Below, in pieces: positions 51,251 to 61,194 of a DNA stretch of 64,000 bases. The notes beneath the pieces were generated by a model. It did no database searches and was not told the origin of the DNA. It worked only from the letters and a program-made list of their open reading frames with translations. How positions within the stretch are numbered: the stretch's first letter is position 1; each line of letters opens with the position of its first letter. Origin of the DNA: Candidatus Latescibacterota bacterium (GTDB taxonomy: Bacteria > Latescibacterota > UBA2968 > UBA8231); assembly GCA_965248265.1 (NCBI GenBank), contig CBDFJF010000002.1, forward strand, positions 1,376,001-1,440,000, written 5' to 3'. Both the position numbers and the translations under genes were made by a program.

Positions 51251-51280
51251 AACGATAACCTATTTTTCAGCCACTATGCA
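51251..51280 (+). promoter_or_regulatory. ~30-bp leader/promoter motif, copy 1 (copy 2 at 52752-52781)
   Basis: AACGATAACCTATTTTTCAGCCACTATGCA versus AACGTAACCTATTTTGTTAGCCACTATGCA. Confidence 0.6.
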
Positions 51281-51339
51281 TCAGCCGACCATGCACCTTG
51301 CTGTCGCACAGCCTGTCTCCTAGTCCTCGAAGGTCGCCC

Positions 51340-51977
51340 ATGGAGCTGTACCTCATCCGCCACGGACAATCTGCCTCGAACGCCAACCCGGCCGAAAAGT
51401 CGTTCGAGCCGCCACTCACCAAGCTCGGCGAGCGGCAGGCCCGTCGTGCCGGCAGTGAGCTGGCGGACAGGGGCATCGTCAAACTCTACTGCAGCCCGAT
51501 GCTGCGCGCCCTGCAGACGGCCAGGCTCATCGCCGAGCCCCTCGGTCTCGTCCCCCACGTGTTCGTCGGGCTGCACGAGTGGTACAGCCCGCGGAATTAC
51601 CACGGCCTCACCCGGCAGCAGATGATGGACGTCTGCCCGGATGTGGTCTTGCCGGAGGATGTGACTGACGGGGTTGGTACTACTACCCGTGGGTCGACAT
51701 CCCGACGATGCTGGTGCAGATAGGCAAGAATGCGCGGCGCTTCCTCGCTCATCTGGAAAGGCATCACCCGGAGCCCCACGAGCGCGTCGCCGCCGTCAGT
51801 CATGGAGGCTTCCTTTCGACGCTCATCGGCACCTTCTACGGCCTCGAGCCCGACGACGACCCGGATCGCTTCGCCCACTGCAACGCCGCGATCAGCAAGA
51901 TTCGCCGGATCGATGGACGCACTCAGCTGCGCTACATGAGTCGCCTGTCTCATCTCGACGGCGACATGGTCACCTAG
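51340..51977 (+). CDS. Histidine phosphatase (PGM family) with a 1-bp frameshift near 51672
   Basis: LIRHGQS..N, SPMLRALQTA, then VSHGG, NAAIS, SHL in the second frame. Confidence 0.85.
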
Positions 51978-51996
51978 TGATGCGGTCGATGCAGGC

Positions 51997-52026
51997 TTGA
52001 CAATATGGTCTGGTCTGACCAGACTA
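51997..52026 (+). promoter_or_regulatory. Promoter with overlapping palindromic operator of toxin-antitoxin module 2
   Basis: TTGACA-17-CAGACT; TGGTCTGGTC-T-GACCAGACTA (9/10). Confidence 0.7.
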
Positions 52027-52049
52027 TGTACAACGGAAGGAGGGAATAC

Positions 52050-52286
52050 GTGCAGATTGTGAACATCTCTGAAGCGAAAGCACAACTGTCGTCGCTGGTG
52101 GCGAAGGTCATGACTGGCAAAGAAGTCCTGATCGGAAAAAGCGGCAAGCCAGTTGCCAGACTCGTGCGCTACGACCGCAGCGAAGAACCCCGCAAGCCAG
52201 GCGCGCTGAGGGGCAAGATAAAACTCGCCGAAGACTTCGACGAGCTTCCGGATGACCTCGCCATCGCATTCGGCGTTAAGGAATGA
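52050..52286 (+). CDS. Phd/YefM family antitoxin
   Basis: VNISEAKAQLS.LV, GKPVARLV, RKPG.L.G.I....DFD; GGAGG before GTG. Confidence 0.9.
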   Translation: MQIVNISEAKAQLSSLVAKVMTGKEVLIGKSGKPVARLVRYDRSEEPRKPGALRGKIKLAEDFDELPDDLAIAFGVKE

Positions 52287-52660
52287 GACTGCTGCTGGAT
52301 ACACACGTGCTTCTCTGGTGGCTGGGTGACGACCCAACGCTGTCGCCACAAGCCAGAGCAGCTCTGGCCGACGGCAAAAACCCGGCTTACGTCAGCTCTG
52401 CCGTTATCTGGGAGATCAGCATCAAACGAGCCATCGGCAAGCTCAAGGTGCCCAAGAGGTTTCGTGCAGTTCTAGATGATCAGCCCTTCGAGCCACTAGA
52501 CATTACCCCCGAACACGCCCACGCCGTCGGCGATCTGCCATTACATCACAGCGACCCGTTCGACCGCATGCTCGTCGCTCAAGCCAAGATCGAGGGTCTG
52601 ACGCTGGTCACACGCGATAAGCATCTGGCGGCGTATGAACTCGCCATCCTCGCAGCCTGA
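52283..52660 (+). CDS. vapC: VapC PIN-domain toxin
   Basis: LLLDTHVLLW, WEISIK...GKL, H.DPFDRMLVAQA..E...LVT.D. Confidence 0.92.
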   Translation: MRLLLDTHVLLWWLGDDPTLSPQARAALADGKNPAYVSSAVIWEISIKRAIGKLKVPKRFRAVLDDQPFEPLDITPEHAHAVGDLPLHHSDPFDRMLVAQAKIEGLTLVTRDKHLAAYELAILAA

Positions 52661-52810
52661 GAACCGTCGGTACGGATAAGAACGACAAGGGGGCATTACA
52701 TAGTTTTGAATCCCCTTGCGCACCAGTCCACGCACGGTCTGTACGAGGACGAACGTAACCTATTTTGTTAGCCACTATGCACGGACCCCATAACTCGGAG
52801 CCCAACACTC

Positions 52811-53599
52811 ATGCGCATTCCCATCACCATGTGTCACGGCATCTCAGACACAGGCGATCATCCTCTCAGTGTGGACCACTTCAACACCTTGGTGCAGATC
52901 GCCAAAGACATGGAGTTCAATTCGATCAACTACGACGAGCTGGCCGCATGGCGCGATGGTACCGGCCAGTTGCCGGAGCGTCCCATCATGTTCGATTTCG
53001 ACCATCCGATGAAATCGATGCGCTACGAGATGCACTCAGCGCTGGATAAGTGTGGTTACAGTGGCAACCTGTTCATCAACACCGGTTTGATGGAGGGTGA
53101 CGGTTACGGCACGGAGACCATGACCTGGGACGAAGTGCGAGAGCTGGCGGACCTGGGATGGCACATGGGCGCCCATACCGTGACTCACCCCAATCTGTCC
53201 GAGCTGTCCAAGGAAGATCCGGACGGAGAGCAGTTGCGTCAGGAGCTGGTATCCTGCGATGCCACGCTCGAGGAGCAATTGGGTCAAGCTCCCAAGGATT
53301 TCGCTTTTACCGGCACCAGTTGGAGCAGCGTTGCCGAGAAGCGCGTCATGGAACGCTACCGCTTTGGCCGGCTGTGGCTCATCGGCGCGATATACCAGGT
53401 CGACGGCGAAAAGAAGCGGGTCGCCGAGTTGATTGGTGTTGATGGGGAGGATGAAGCGGACGGAGGGCCGCCGATGGCGGCGCGCTACATCGAGCGCGAA
53501 ACGCCTACCTACCGGTTGCCCTCAGTCGAAATTCAGTCGCCGCTGCTGCACACGGAGGAGGCCTTTCGGGCCTACCTGGAGGGAGCGATGAACAGCTGA
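52811..53599 (+). CDS. Polysaccharide deacetylase (CE4/NodB-like)
   Basis: MCHG, FDFDH, MTWDEVREL, GAHTVTHPNL. Confidence 0.8.
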   Translation: MRIPITMCHGISDTGDHPLSVDHFNTLVQIAKDMEFNSINYDELAAWRDGTGQLPERPIMFDFDHPMKSMRYEMHSALDKCGYSGNLFINTGLMEGDGYGTETMTWDEVRELADLGWHMGAHTVTHPNLSELSKEDPDGEQLRQELVSCDATLEEQLGQAPKDFAFTGTSWSSVAEKRVMERYRFGRLWLIGAIYQVDGEKKRVAELIGVDGEDEADGGPPMAARYIERETPTYRLPSVEIQSPLLHTEEAFRAYLEGAMNS

Positions 53600-53669
53600 T
53601 GTCGTGACGGACTCAAAGACTTCACTCTGCGCGGTCTCTCGCTGCTCGGACGCGTCCGGTGCCGGCTTC

Positions 53670-53996
53670 TTAGCTCGACAGGCTGAACAATTTCACTCCG
53701 CGCTGCGGTCTTGACGACGTTGGAATAGTGCAGGGTCTCTGCTGACTGGCCATCGATGACCATGGTCGGTTCGCGGATGGCGAACTCGACCTCATCGAGC
53801 TGATTATACAGCACGTAAGCCAGCTGGATCCGGTCCACGATCATGTCCTCGGTCGAGGCGAAATCCGGAAACAGGATCGGACCGACATCCACCTGAAAGC
53901 GCCCCGCGGGAGGGTGGATGTTGACGTAGCTGACCGGGTATTCCAGCTGGCCGCCACGGTGATGATGTGGGAGTTGCGATAATCCAGGACATTCAT
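53670..53996 (-). pseudogene. Hypothetical gene remnant with a probable internal deletion and frameshifts
   Basis: MNVLDYRNSHII joined out of frame to LEYPV..VN......FQVDVGPILFPD...LAYV.YN...LHYS. Confidence 0.5.
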
Positions 53997-54067
53997 GCAG
54001 GTGCTCTTTCGTTAGTCAGGTCAGATAGGTTTCAGGTCAACCTTATACGAGGCGGAGAGGTACCGCA

Positions 54068-54892
54068 ATGATCAAGCTCGGTTGTTTTTCGTTCATGTAC
54101 GACCGCGAGACGTCGACGAAGGTCGAAGACCCGCTGACGTTCATTGACTTCGCCCACTCTGTGAAGCTGGACGTCGTCGATTTCGATATCAACAAGGGCT
54201 TTCCGTCACAGGAACGGCACTACCTGATGCAGGTCAAGCTGGCGGCGTTGAGGCGCGGGCTGACGATCGGCATGATCGATGGCGGGGGTAGTTTCGTCGG
54301 CACCGAAGAGGAGCTCCGGCAACGGGTAGAGCTGGCAAAGTCACGAGTTGATACCGCTGTGTTTTTCGGCGCGCCGATGATTCTGCTGGGAACTGGCGGC
54401 GTGCCGGAAGAAATTCGGGCAGCGATGATCGCCTGCTACAAGGAGGTCTGCGACTACGCCGGCGAGAGAGGTGTCATGGTGGGGATGCGGGGACACGCGC
54501 CCGTTACCGAGCCGACGGGGGAGGATATAATCCGCACCCACAGGGAAGTCGATCGCGAGAATTTTACATTCAGTATGGACACTGGACGCTGGGTCGGGTC
54601 GCCAGGGGTTACTCCCAAGGGGGAGTGGGACGGCACTGATTTCTATGCCTTCATGGAACAGACCGTCCATCTGGCGTCGTACGTGCGGGCCAAGGTCTTC
54701 AAGATCGATCAGGGCTGGGAGGAGTGGTTCGACTACGAGCGGATAGCCGGCATTCTCAAGTCGGCCAACTACAACGGCATCGTGTCCATCTACTACCTGG
54801 GCAAGAATTTCAGCTCATGTGACGACTACGAGGGGATTACTCTGGCAGTCAAACACCTGCGCGGACTGCTGGGGGACGACCAGGCGGGCTGA
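54068..54892 (+). CDS. Sugar phosphate isomerase/epimerase (xylose isomerase-like TIM barrel)
   Basis: MDTGRW, RAK, DYERI..IL....YNG.VSI. Confidence 0.75.
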   Translation: MIKLGCFSFMYDRETSTKVEDPLTFIDFAHSVKLDVVDFDINKGFPSQERHYLMQVKLAALRRGLTIGMIDGGGSFVGTEEELRQRVELAKSRVDTAVFFGAPMILLGTGGVPEEIRAAMIACYKEVCDYAGERGVMVGMRGHAPVTEPTGEDIIRTHREVDRENFTFSMDTGRWVGSPGVTPKGEWDGTDFYAFMEQTVHLASYVRAKVFKIDQGWEEWFDYERIAGILKSANYNGIVSIYYLGKNFSSCDDYEGITLAVKHLRGLLGDDQAG

Positions 54893-54911
54893 CTAGGCTA
54901 CTGGGCCATTT

Positions 54912-56219
54912 TCAGGAGCTACTGCCAAGTAGCTTTTCAACTTCCTCCCTGGCGACCTGTTGGGCAGCCGCGATGTACTGCGCTGTTGTCGGGCCCTCAA
55001 CGCGCGATTCAAAGCCGTACGCTCCGAACCCATAAACGATCGTTTCGGCGACTCGCTTTTCGGGGTCGTTCAGGAAGTATGGATGTACCTCCCGCAGTTG
55101 CTCTGGTAAGGCTTCGCTACTGCCCGGGTACATGGTCGGGTTGGCGAGGACGGCCTGAGGCCGGTCGTCGTCAAAGACAACATGCTGGACCGGTGTCGGG
55201 GGGATGTCACCGAACTCGGCGACCGGGAACATGTCGTGGGACCAGGTGGTGACGCGGTAGGCCGGTCCGGGTGTGACTCCGGCAGACAGTTCGCGGCGAC
55301 GGACGACGAACTCGTGCCACTTCATCAACTCGTCGATGAAGTCGGCGGGTATAGAGCTCTCGTCGACGTACTTCGATCTATCTCCTTGAGCCCGCACGTC
55401 GTTGAAGGCGGCGAACCAGTTGGCCACACTGCGCAGGGCCTTGGAGATCTTCATGGCTCCGGGATTCTTGGCGCCGCTGGCGCCGTCGGTGATGATGAGA
55501 TGCGGCATCTGGGTGTCCATGCGGCGGACGAACTCGGATGGGAACGCGGCCGGAGTCGAGAGGCGGTGAGCGAGCAATGAGGAAACACGGTCGTAACGAA
55601 CCTCGATGCCGGACTCGATGAGGAAGGGTTCGATCGGTTCGACGAACCAGAGCCGGCCGTAGCGGTCATTACCGATGACGATGACGGGTCTCGAGGTCCC
55701 GGCCTTGAATTTCTTGACGAATTTGAACAACCCCACGGCTTCACAGGCGACTCGTCGCGCGGCCAGGGTCTGCTCCTTGCTCAGGCTGAACTCACATCCG
55801 GACGGAGGAGGCAGCCGGCTCAGCGCGGTGAATTCACCGTACATCTGGGCCGTCGCCATGGGGAAGCGATCTCCCGTCGATTCCATGGCGAAGCGCCGAA
55901 ACTCCAGGTCCCGCTGGATGGAGTCATCGGGGTCGAAGCGGCCGGCTCTTGTTTGTGCGGCGCGATGATCCAACTCACTGAGGAGAGGTTCCAGGTCTCC
56001 AGGTTGCGTCAGGTGCTGGATCAGGAGGGGCGTCAGGATCACGCCGTAGTGGTTGAGCAGGTTGGCCTGTTGCATCCATCGATTGAGCCGTTCCAGTCGA
56101 CGGATGACCTCGTTCTCTGGGTACCTGTTGAGGAGATCCTCGACCACATTGTCGTCGAAGCCAAGTTGATGGTTATTGATGGCAGGAAAAGCCCTGGGAA
56201 GGTCTATCGGCATGGCCAA
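54912..56219 (-). CDS. Hypothetical protein (435 aa)
   Basis: Long ORF filling the gap between flanking genes; no confident family. Confidence 0.65.
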   Translation of the reverse strand: MAMPIDLPRAFPAINNHQLGFDDNVVEDLLNRYPENEVIRRLERLNRWMQQANLLNHYGVILTPLLIQHLTQPGDLEPLLSELDHRAAQTRAGRFDPDDSIQRDLEFRRFAMESTGDRFPMATAQMYGEFTALSRLPPPSGCEFSLSKEQTLAARRVACEAVGLFKFVKKFKAGTSRPVIVIGNDRYGRLWFVEPIEPFLIESGIEVRYDRVSSLLAHRLSTPAAFPSEFVRRMDTQMPHLIITDGASGAKNPGAMKISKALRSVANWFAAFNDVRAQGDRSKYVDESSIPADFIDELMKWHEFVVRRRELSAGVTPGPAYRVTTWSHDMFPVAEFGDIPPTPVQHVVFDDDRPQAVLANPTMYPGSSEALPEQLREVHPYFLNDPEKRVAETIVYGFGAYGFESRVEGPTTAQYIAAAQQVAREEVEKLLGSSS

Positions 56220-56249
56220 GGAAGATGATGACGAAAGGCGTCACTAACA

Positions 56250-57521
56250 ATGACTGAATATGTGAATAGCATCATCAAGCTCGACACCGTCAAACACAGC
56301 CCGTCGTACGGAAGTGTAGCTGTGCTCGAGGACGGCCGGCTTCTATGGGTATGGGGCACCGGGCGAGGCGACCCCATCGAGCCTGTTCAGGGGAATTACT
56401 CGGAGGACGAGGGTGCAAGCTGGAGTGCGCCTGCAGACCTCACGCTCGAAACAGGCGGACCGATGCTGGCGGTCATGGATGCCAACCTGCTGCGGCTGAA
56501 GTCGGGGGATCTCGGTCTGGCTATGCGCAGCAGGGCCGAGGTGGGAGCGTATGAAGGCGATTACCACGCATCGCTCACGTTTTCCCGGTCGGCGGACGAA
56601 GGGACCACGTGGTCAGAGCCGGTGCAGATCAATCCGGTCGGCGATGATGCCGTTTTCACGAACGAGCGTTCGACGGTGTTGAAAGATGGACGCATCATCG
56701 TGCCATTTTACACGGGGCTTGGTGCGAAGCCCATTGGCAACGAGAAGATCCTGCACCGCTACGGCGAGGCGTTTGGCACCGCCGAGCGTGGAGGGTTGTC
56801 CTACAGCAGTGCCTACTACTCGGATGACGATGGGGGCAGCTGGCACAGGAGTCGCAACGAGGTCTACGCCACCATAGAGAACGGCAACAAGGGCACGTTC
56901 TCTATGGGCGAGCCGGCGGTGATCGAGGTCGAAGACGGGCGGGTGTTGATGTTGGGCCGCACCAACCTGGGCCGGTTCTTCCAGAGCTACTCCGACGACC
57001 GTTGTGAAACCTGGAACCAGGCTCAACCTACCGAACTGGCTTGCTATCCGTCGCCGTGCAAGATTTCGCGCATTCCGTCTACCGGTGACCTGCTGGTCAT
57101 CTGGAACCAGATCTCGCCGTGGGAGACGATGAACGGGCTTTATCGCCACCGCCTGTCCTGTGCCGTCAGCAGTGATGAGGGTGTGACCTGGCGCAATCAC
57201 CGCAACCTGGAGTCGATGGACGACACGACCCACATCGAACCCGGGCCCATCGAAGTACAGCCTATCGGCAAGATGCGCCAACCGGTCGATCGCAAGCGTT
57301 ATCACCGCGCTCCGGCGCCACTACGATACAACCAGCCTACCTGTACCTACTTCGGCGACAAGGTTATCATCACCTACGGCATGTGCGTCTTCGGCGACAA
57401 GGCCATCATTGTCGACACGTATGGGATGAATTACGACGAGCTGATGGAGAGTTTCGGCTTGGCACCGTTCGAACGGGGCAACAGGGTCAGAATCGTGTCC
57501 ACGGACTGGTTCTACGAGTAA
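56250..57521 (+). CDS. BNR/Asp-box sialidase-like protein
   Basis: SEDEGASW, SADEGTTW, SDDDGGSW, SDDRCETW, SSDEGVTW; EP. Confidence 0.85.
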   Translation: MTEYVNSIIKLDTVKHSPSYGSVAVLEDGRLLWVWGTGRGDPIEPVQGNYSEDEGASWSAPADLTLETGGPMLAVMDANLLRLKSGDLGLAMRSRAEVGAYEGDYHASLTFSRSADEGTTWSEPVQINPVGDDAVFTNERSTVLKDGRIIVPFYTGLGAKPIGNEKILHRYGEAFGTAERGGLSYSSAYYSDDDGGSWHRSRNEVYATIENGNKGTFSMGEPAVIEVEDGRVLMLGRTNLGRFFQSYSDDRCETWNQAQPTELACYPSPCKISRIPSTGDLLVIWNQISPWETMNGLYRHRLSCAVSSDEGVTWRNHRNLESMDDTTHIEPGPIEVQPIGKMRQPVDRKRYHRAPAPLRYNQPTCTYFGDKVIITYGMCVFGDKAIIVDTYGMNYDELMESFGLAPFERGNRVRIVSTDWFYE

Positions 57522-57544
57522 CGGTATCGCCTGCTGTCGTACAC

Positions 57545-58747
57545 ATGCCTTCACATAACTCCGCTCGTGATGATGGCAACCTGGAAGGCAACCTGTGGAA
57601 GCTCTATACCATGCAGGCCTGCCGTTGGTTCCTGCTGCTCATGCCCATCCTGGTGTTGTTCTATCAGGAAAACGGGCTGGACCTGCACGATGTCTTCATC
57701 GTCCAGGCGTTCTATTCGGTTTGCGTCATCCTGTTCGAGGTGCCATCGGGGTACTTCGCCGATCGCATTGGTCGACGACGCTCGCTGCTGATTGGTTCAA
57801 TCTCGGCATCGGCCGGGTTCTGGGTCTATGCATTCTCCGAGACGTTCGTCGATTTTCTCGCCGCTCAATTCTTGATCGCCATGGGCGGCAGCTTCATCTC
57901 TGGATCCGATTCGGCCCTGCTCTACGATACCCTGATCCACTTGGGGCGGCGCCGGGAGTACCAGAAGGTTGCCGGCCGTCTCGCCTCGATAGCAAACTTC
58001 TCTGAGGGGATCGCGGCACTCGTGGGCGGCGGGCTTGCCCTCATCAGCTTGCGCACTCCCCTATACTGGCAGGCCGCTGTACTGCTCGCGGCCGTGCCGC
58101 TGGCCTGGTCCCTGGTGGAGCCACCCCGAAAGACGGCGGATGCCAACGAAGGGAGCTTCAGGGCGGTCCTGAAGATCGTTCGCTATGCCCTGCACGGTCA
58201 TTCCGAGATCAAGTGGCTGATTCTGTACTCATCCCTCGTCGGCACGTCGACGCTGACCATCGTCTGGATGGTGCAGCCGTATCTGAAAGCCGTGGGCCTG
58301 CCGCTTGAATGGTTTGGGGCCGCCTGGGCGATCCTGCAGTTTGCCGTCGGTCTCTCTGCCGTCAACGCGTACAGAATCGAAGCGGTGCTTGGTCGCAGGG
58401 CATCCCTTATCTCCCTGATCCTGCTGTCGGCAGCCGGATACATCCTGCTGAGCCAGTTCCAGGCGCTGTGGGCGACCGTGTTCTTTTTCGTCTTCTACCT
58501 GGTACGGGGCATCAATGGTCCGGTGATGAACGACTACATCAACCGCTGCGTCGACTCGGACATTCGGGCCACGGTTTTGTCGGTGAAGAGTCTGGTCGGC
58601 AGGTTGATGTTTATCGTCGTCGGTCAGATGGCCGGGTGGGTGAGCGGGGCTTACTCGTTGAGCACGGCCTTTCTGGCCTGTGGTGTGACCTTTTTGCTCT
58701 TCGGTGTGCTGTTTCTGGTGTTTTTGCAGAGGAATAAGGTCCTATAG
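57545..58747 (+). CDS. MFS transporter
   Basis: FEVPSGYFADRIGRR, SGSDSALLYDTL, RATVLS. Confidence 0.9.
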   Translation: MPSHNSARDDGNLEGNLWKLYTMQACRWFLLLMPILVLFYQENGLDLHDVFIVQAFYSVCVILFEVPSGYFADRIGRRRSLLIGSISASAGFWVYAFSETFVDFLAAQFLIAMGGSFISGSDSALLYDTLIHLGRRREYQKVAGRLASIANFSEGIAALVGGGLALISLRTPLYWQAAVLLAAVPLAWSLVEPPRKTADANEGSFRAVLKIVRYALHGHSEIKWLILYSSLVGTSTLTIVWMVQPYLKAVGLPLEWFGAAWAILQFAVGLSAVNAYRIEAVLGRRASLISLILLSAAGYILLSQFQALWATVFFFVFYLVRGINGPVMNDYINRCVDSDIRATVLSVKSLVGRLMFIVVGQMAGWVSGAYSLSTAFLACGVTFLLFGVLFLVFLQRNKVL

Positions 58748-58854
58748 GCCGAGCTTTGCTCGGCACAGCGGAGTTTGCCTTCCCCGAGGGTGGTACTGCA
58801 GTATTGGGGAACACGGGTGCACTGCATCTCGCAGGTTAACGGAGACTATCATAT

Positions 58855-60801
58855 ATGGCCGCCATAGTTGCTACTGAGGTTTCGGCACCGCCGGGGTGGG
58901 CACTGTTGGAGCGGGAGCTCATTGAGGTGATGAATGAGGCGGCCGATCTGGTTATGAAGCGGCATACCGAGCGCAGTGGGACCATGTTCTTTGCCGATGA
59001 TGTCGACGATCAGTATGAACAGTTTGCCAACTGGGGGCTGCTCTATGCGATCGGGGGCAGCGAGCGGTTGCTCGAGTACTCACTGCGGACGTGGAATGCG
59101 ACGACGCGCTGGGGTGATGACTCTATTGTCAGTCGACGGAAGCACGGCGAATACTGGCATGGTGATCTGCGTGACTTCGGGCAGCAGATACACAACGAGT
59201 ATTACAACCTCGCCACGCCAGGGGGGACCGACTGGCATCACATGGGCGAGGGCAACCTGCAGTTCTACGATTTCGGGGTGGCGGAGCCGACGATCTCAGA
59301 GAACGTCCGACGCGCCAAGCGCTTTGCGGCCATGTTCATGGGAGAAGACCCCGAGGCGGACAACTACGATACGACATACAAAATCTTCCGGTCGCCGGTT
59401 CAAAGCAGTGTCGGGCCGTACAAGCATGCCAGCGTCGACTTCGCCAAGGCCTGGCTTCAGGGTGGCGGCAGGCGCTGGGTGGTAGGCTGGTACCCGGACC
59501 AGCCGGTGCCGCGCGGTCTGCGCAGCAGCCTGTACCCGGTCGTCAAGAACCTGGAGGTCAATTGGTTTGAAGACTGGGGCAGGCGGAAGGAGATTCTCAA
59601 GCTATTCGATCATATCATCCTCGACGGTGATGTCGCCAACAGTCTGGCTGCCGCCGGGCTCATGACCAACGCCTACCTCTACACCGGCGATCCCAAGTAC
59701 AAGGAGTGGGTGATCGAGTACGTCGAGGGATGGATGGATCGCATCCAGCAAAACAACGGCATCATTCCCGACAATGTCGGTCCGACCGGCAAGATCGGCG
59801 AACACCGTGAGGGCCAATGGTGGGGTGGTCTGTACGGCTGGAATTACTACATGGGGTACAATGTCATCTTCCATGGAGTGACCATCGCTGCCGAGTGCGC
59901 GAAGCTGTTGACCGGAGACGACAGCTATGTCGATCTGTTGCGGTCGCAGATCAAGGTGGTCGTCGAGCAGGGATTCCGGCGGGAGGAAGACGGCCAACTG
60001 ATCGTACCCTCTCGTTACACGCCCAATGGCTGGGATCACGACACTTCCGGCCCTCCCAAGCCGATGCGGATGCTGGAGCTGGCGCATCTGTATCATATGT
60101 CGATGTCGAAGGATGACCGCGAACTCATCGACTATATCAGGGATGGCGACGTGATTCGCAGCTGGACCGAGGTGCCAAGCCAGGGCGAGAAGAACGATGG
60201 GGCCACTGAAACAGCCCGCTTCAACTACTACGACGGTAAATTGCCAGACTGGCCCGAAAAGGCGTTGCGTGCAGATTTTGCCCTCGCGTTGCGTGATCTC
60301 GAATCGTTGAGACACGAAAGCCGCGATCCTGAAACATTGATCAAGGAGAATGCCTCAATACCCAGTGGGGTCTATGCGAAAGTCCTGACGCAGATCACGA
60401 TGGGCGCTCCTCAAGCTGTTTACTGTGGCGGTTTGTTGCGGGCGACAGTGCGCTATTTCGATCAGGACCGGCAACGGGCCGGCCTGCCACAGGATGTGGC
60501 GGCTCTCGTCGATGACCTGCAGGCTGACCGCGTCGGTGTACAGCTGGTCAACACGAGTTCGACCAAATCACGCAGTCTAATCGTGCAGGCGGGGGCCTTT
60601 GGCGAGCATGAGTTTTCGAGTGTCCGTCACAGGGTAGGAGAGTCGCTGGCTGAAACTCCGGTCGATGGAAAACACCTCTCTGTGACGCTACCGCCGTCGA
60701 CTTCGGTTCGACTCGATATGGGATTGAGGCGGTTCGTCAATGACCCGAGCTATGCTTTCCCCTGGCATCGCGGTAGAATCCCAGTGCCGTTTCAGGTTTA
60801 G
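58855..60801 (+). CDS. Hypothetical protein, possibly an (alpha/alpha)6-barrel enzyme
   Basis: 648 aa, GGAG RBS; DDQYE.F.NW, DWHH.GEG, IPDNVG..G, WWGG.YGW. Confidence 0.7.
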   Translation: MAAIVATEVSAPPGWALLERELIEVMNEAADLVMKRHTERSGTMFFADDVDDQYEQFANWGLLYAIGGSERLLEYSLRTWNATTRWGDDSIVSRRKHGEYWHGDLRDFGQQIHNEYYNLATPGGTDWHHMGEGNLQFYDFGVAEPTISENVRRAKRFAAMFMGEDPEADNYDTTYKIFRSPVQSSVGPYKHASVDFAKAWLQGGGRRWVVGWYPDQPVPRGLRSSLYPVVKNLEVNWFEDWGRRKEILKLFDHIILDGDVANSLAAAGLMTNAYLYTGDPKYKEWVIEYVEGWMDRIQQNNGIIPDNVGPTGKIGEHREGQWWGGLYGWNYYMGYNVIFHGVTIAAECAKLLTGDDSYVDLLRSQIKVVVEQGFRREEDGQLIVPSRYTPNGWDHDTSGPPKPMRMLELAHLYHMSMSKDDRELIDYIRDGDVIRSWTEVPSQGEKNDGATETARFNYYDGKLPDWPEKALRADFALALRDLESLRHESRDPETLIKENASIPSGVYAKVLTQITMGAPQAVYCGGLLRATVRYFDQDRQRAGLPQDVAALVDDLQADRVGVQLVNTSSTKSRSLIVQAGAFGEHEFSSVRHRVGESLAETPVDGKHLSVTLPPSTSVRLDMGLRRFVNDPSYAFPWHRGRIPVPFQV

Positions 60802-60810
60802 TTGCGGCGA

Positions 60811-61038
60811 TCACACGCTTGTGTTTTCCAACACCGGCACGTGTTCCGGCCGAATCTCGCTCTCCTCGCACAATGTGCTCGTCCTCTCGATCACATTCGC
60901 CAATTCAGCTGCATTGCCCGGCCAGTCGTACGCCATCAGTGATTCCATTGCCTCGTCTGAGATCTTGAGTGGTGCCTGTCCATCTCGCTCAGCCCTTGTC
61001 TGAAGGAAATGGACCGCCATGGTGGGAATGTCTTCACG
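60811..61038 (-). pseudogene. C-terminal remnant of a sigma54 activator (AAA+ lid)
   Basis: REDIP....HFL, ISDEAM..L.AYDWPGN..EL.NVIER. Confidence 0.75.
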
Positions 61039-61041
61039 TGA

Positions 61042-61194
61042 GGACCGCCTTGTGATTGCCCTGAGTACGCTGAAGGCTACTACCCGACCTTCTTCTTCGA
61101 TCCGGATGGACTGAAGTACGAGTTCGTTCACACTCCTGGCTACGAGCACAAGAGAAAAAACCGTCCGAGAGGGACAGATCAAAGAGCAGTATAG
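61042..61194 (+). pseudogene. C-terminal remnant of a VOC/glyoxalase gene
   Basis: PEYAEGYYPTFFFDPDGLKYEFVH, no start codon. Confidence 0.7.

Noticed and set aside
13600-51680. 1-bp frameshifts near 13608, 16468, 37368 and 51672 as programmed frameshifts or true pseudogenes
   Set aside because: Each is repaired by lengthening a short homopolymer by one base (for example GGGG to GGGGG gives DGGWYYYPW), typical of long-read errors; raw reads are needed
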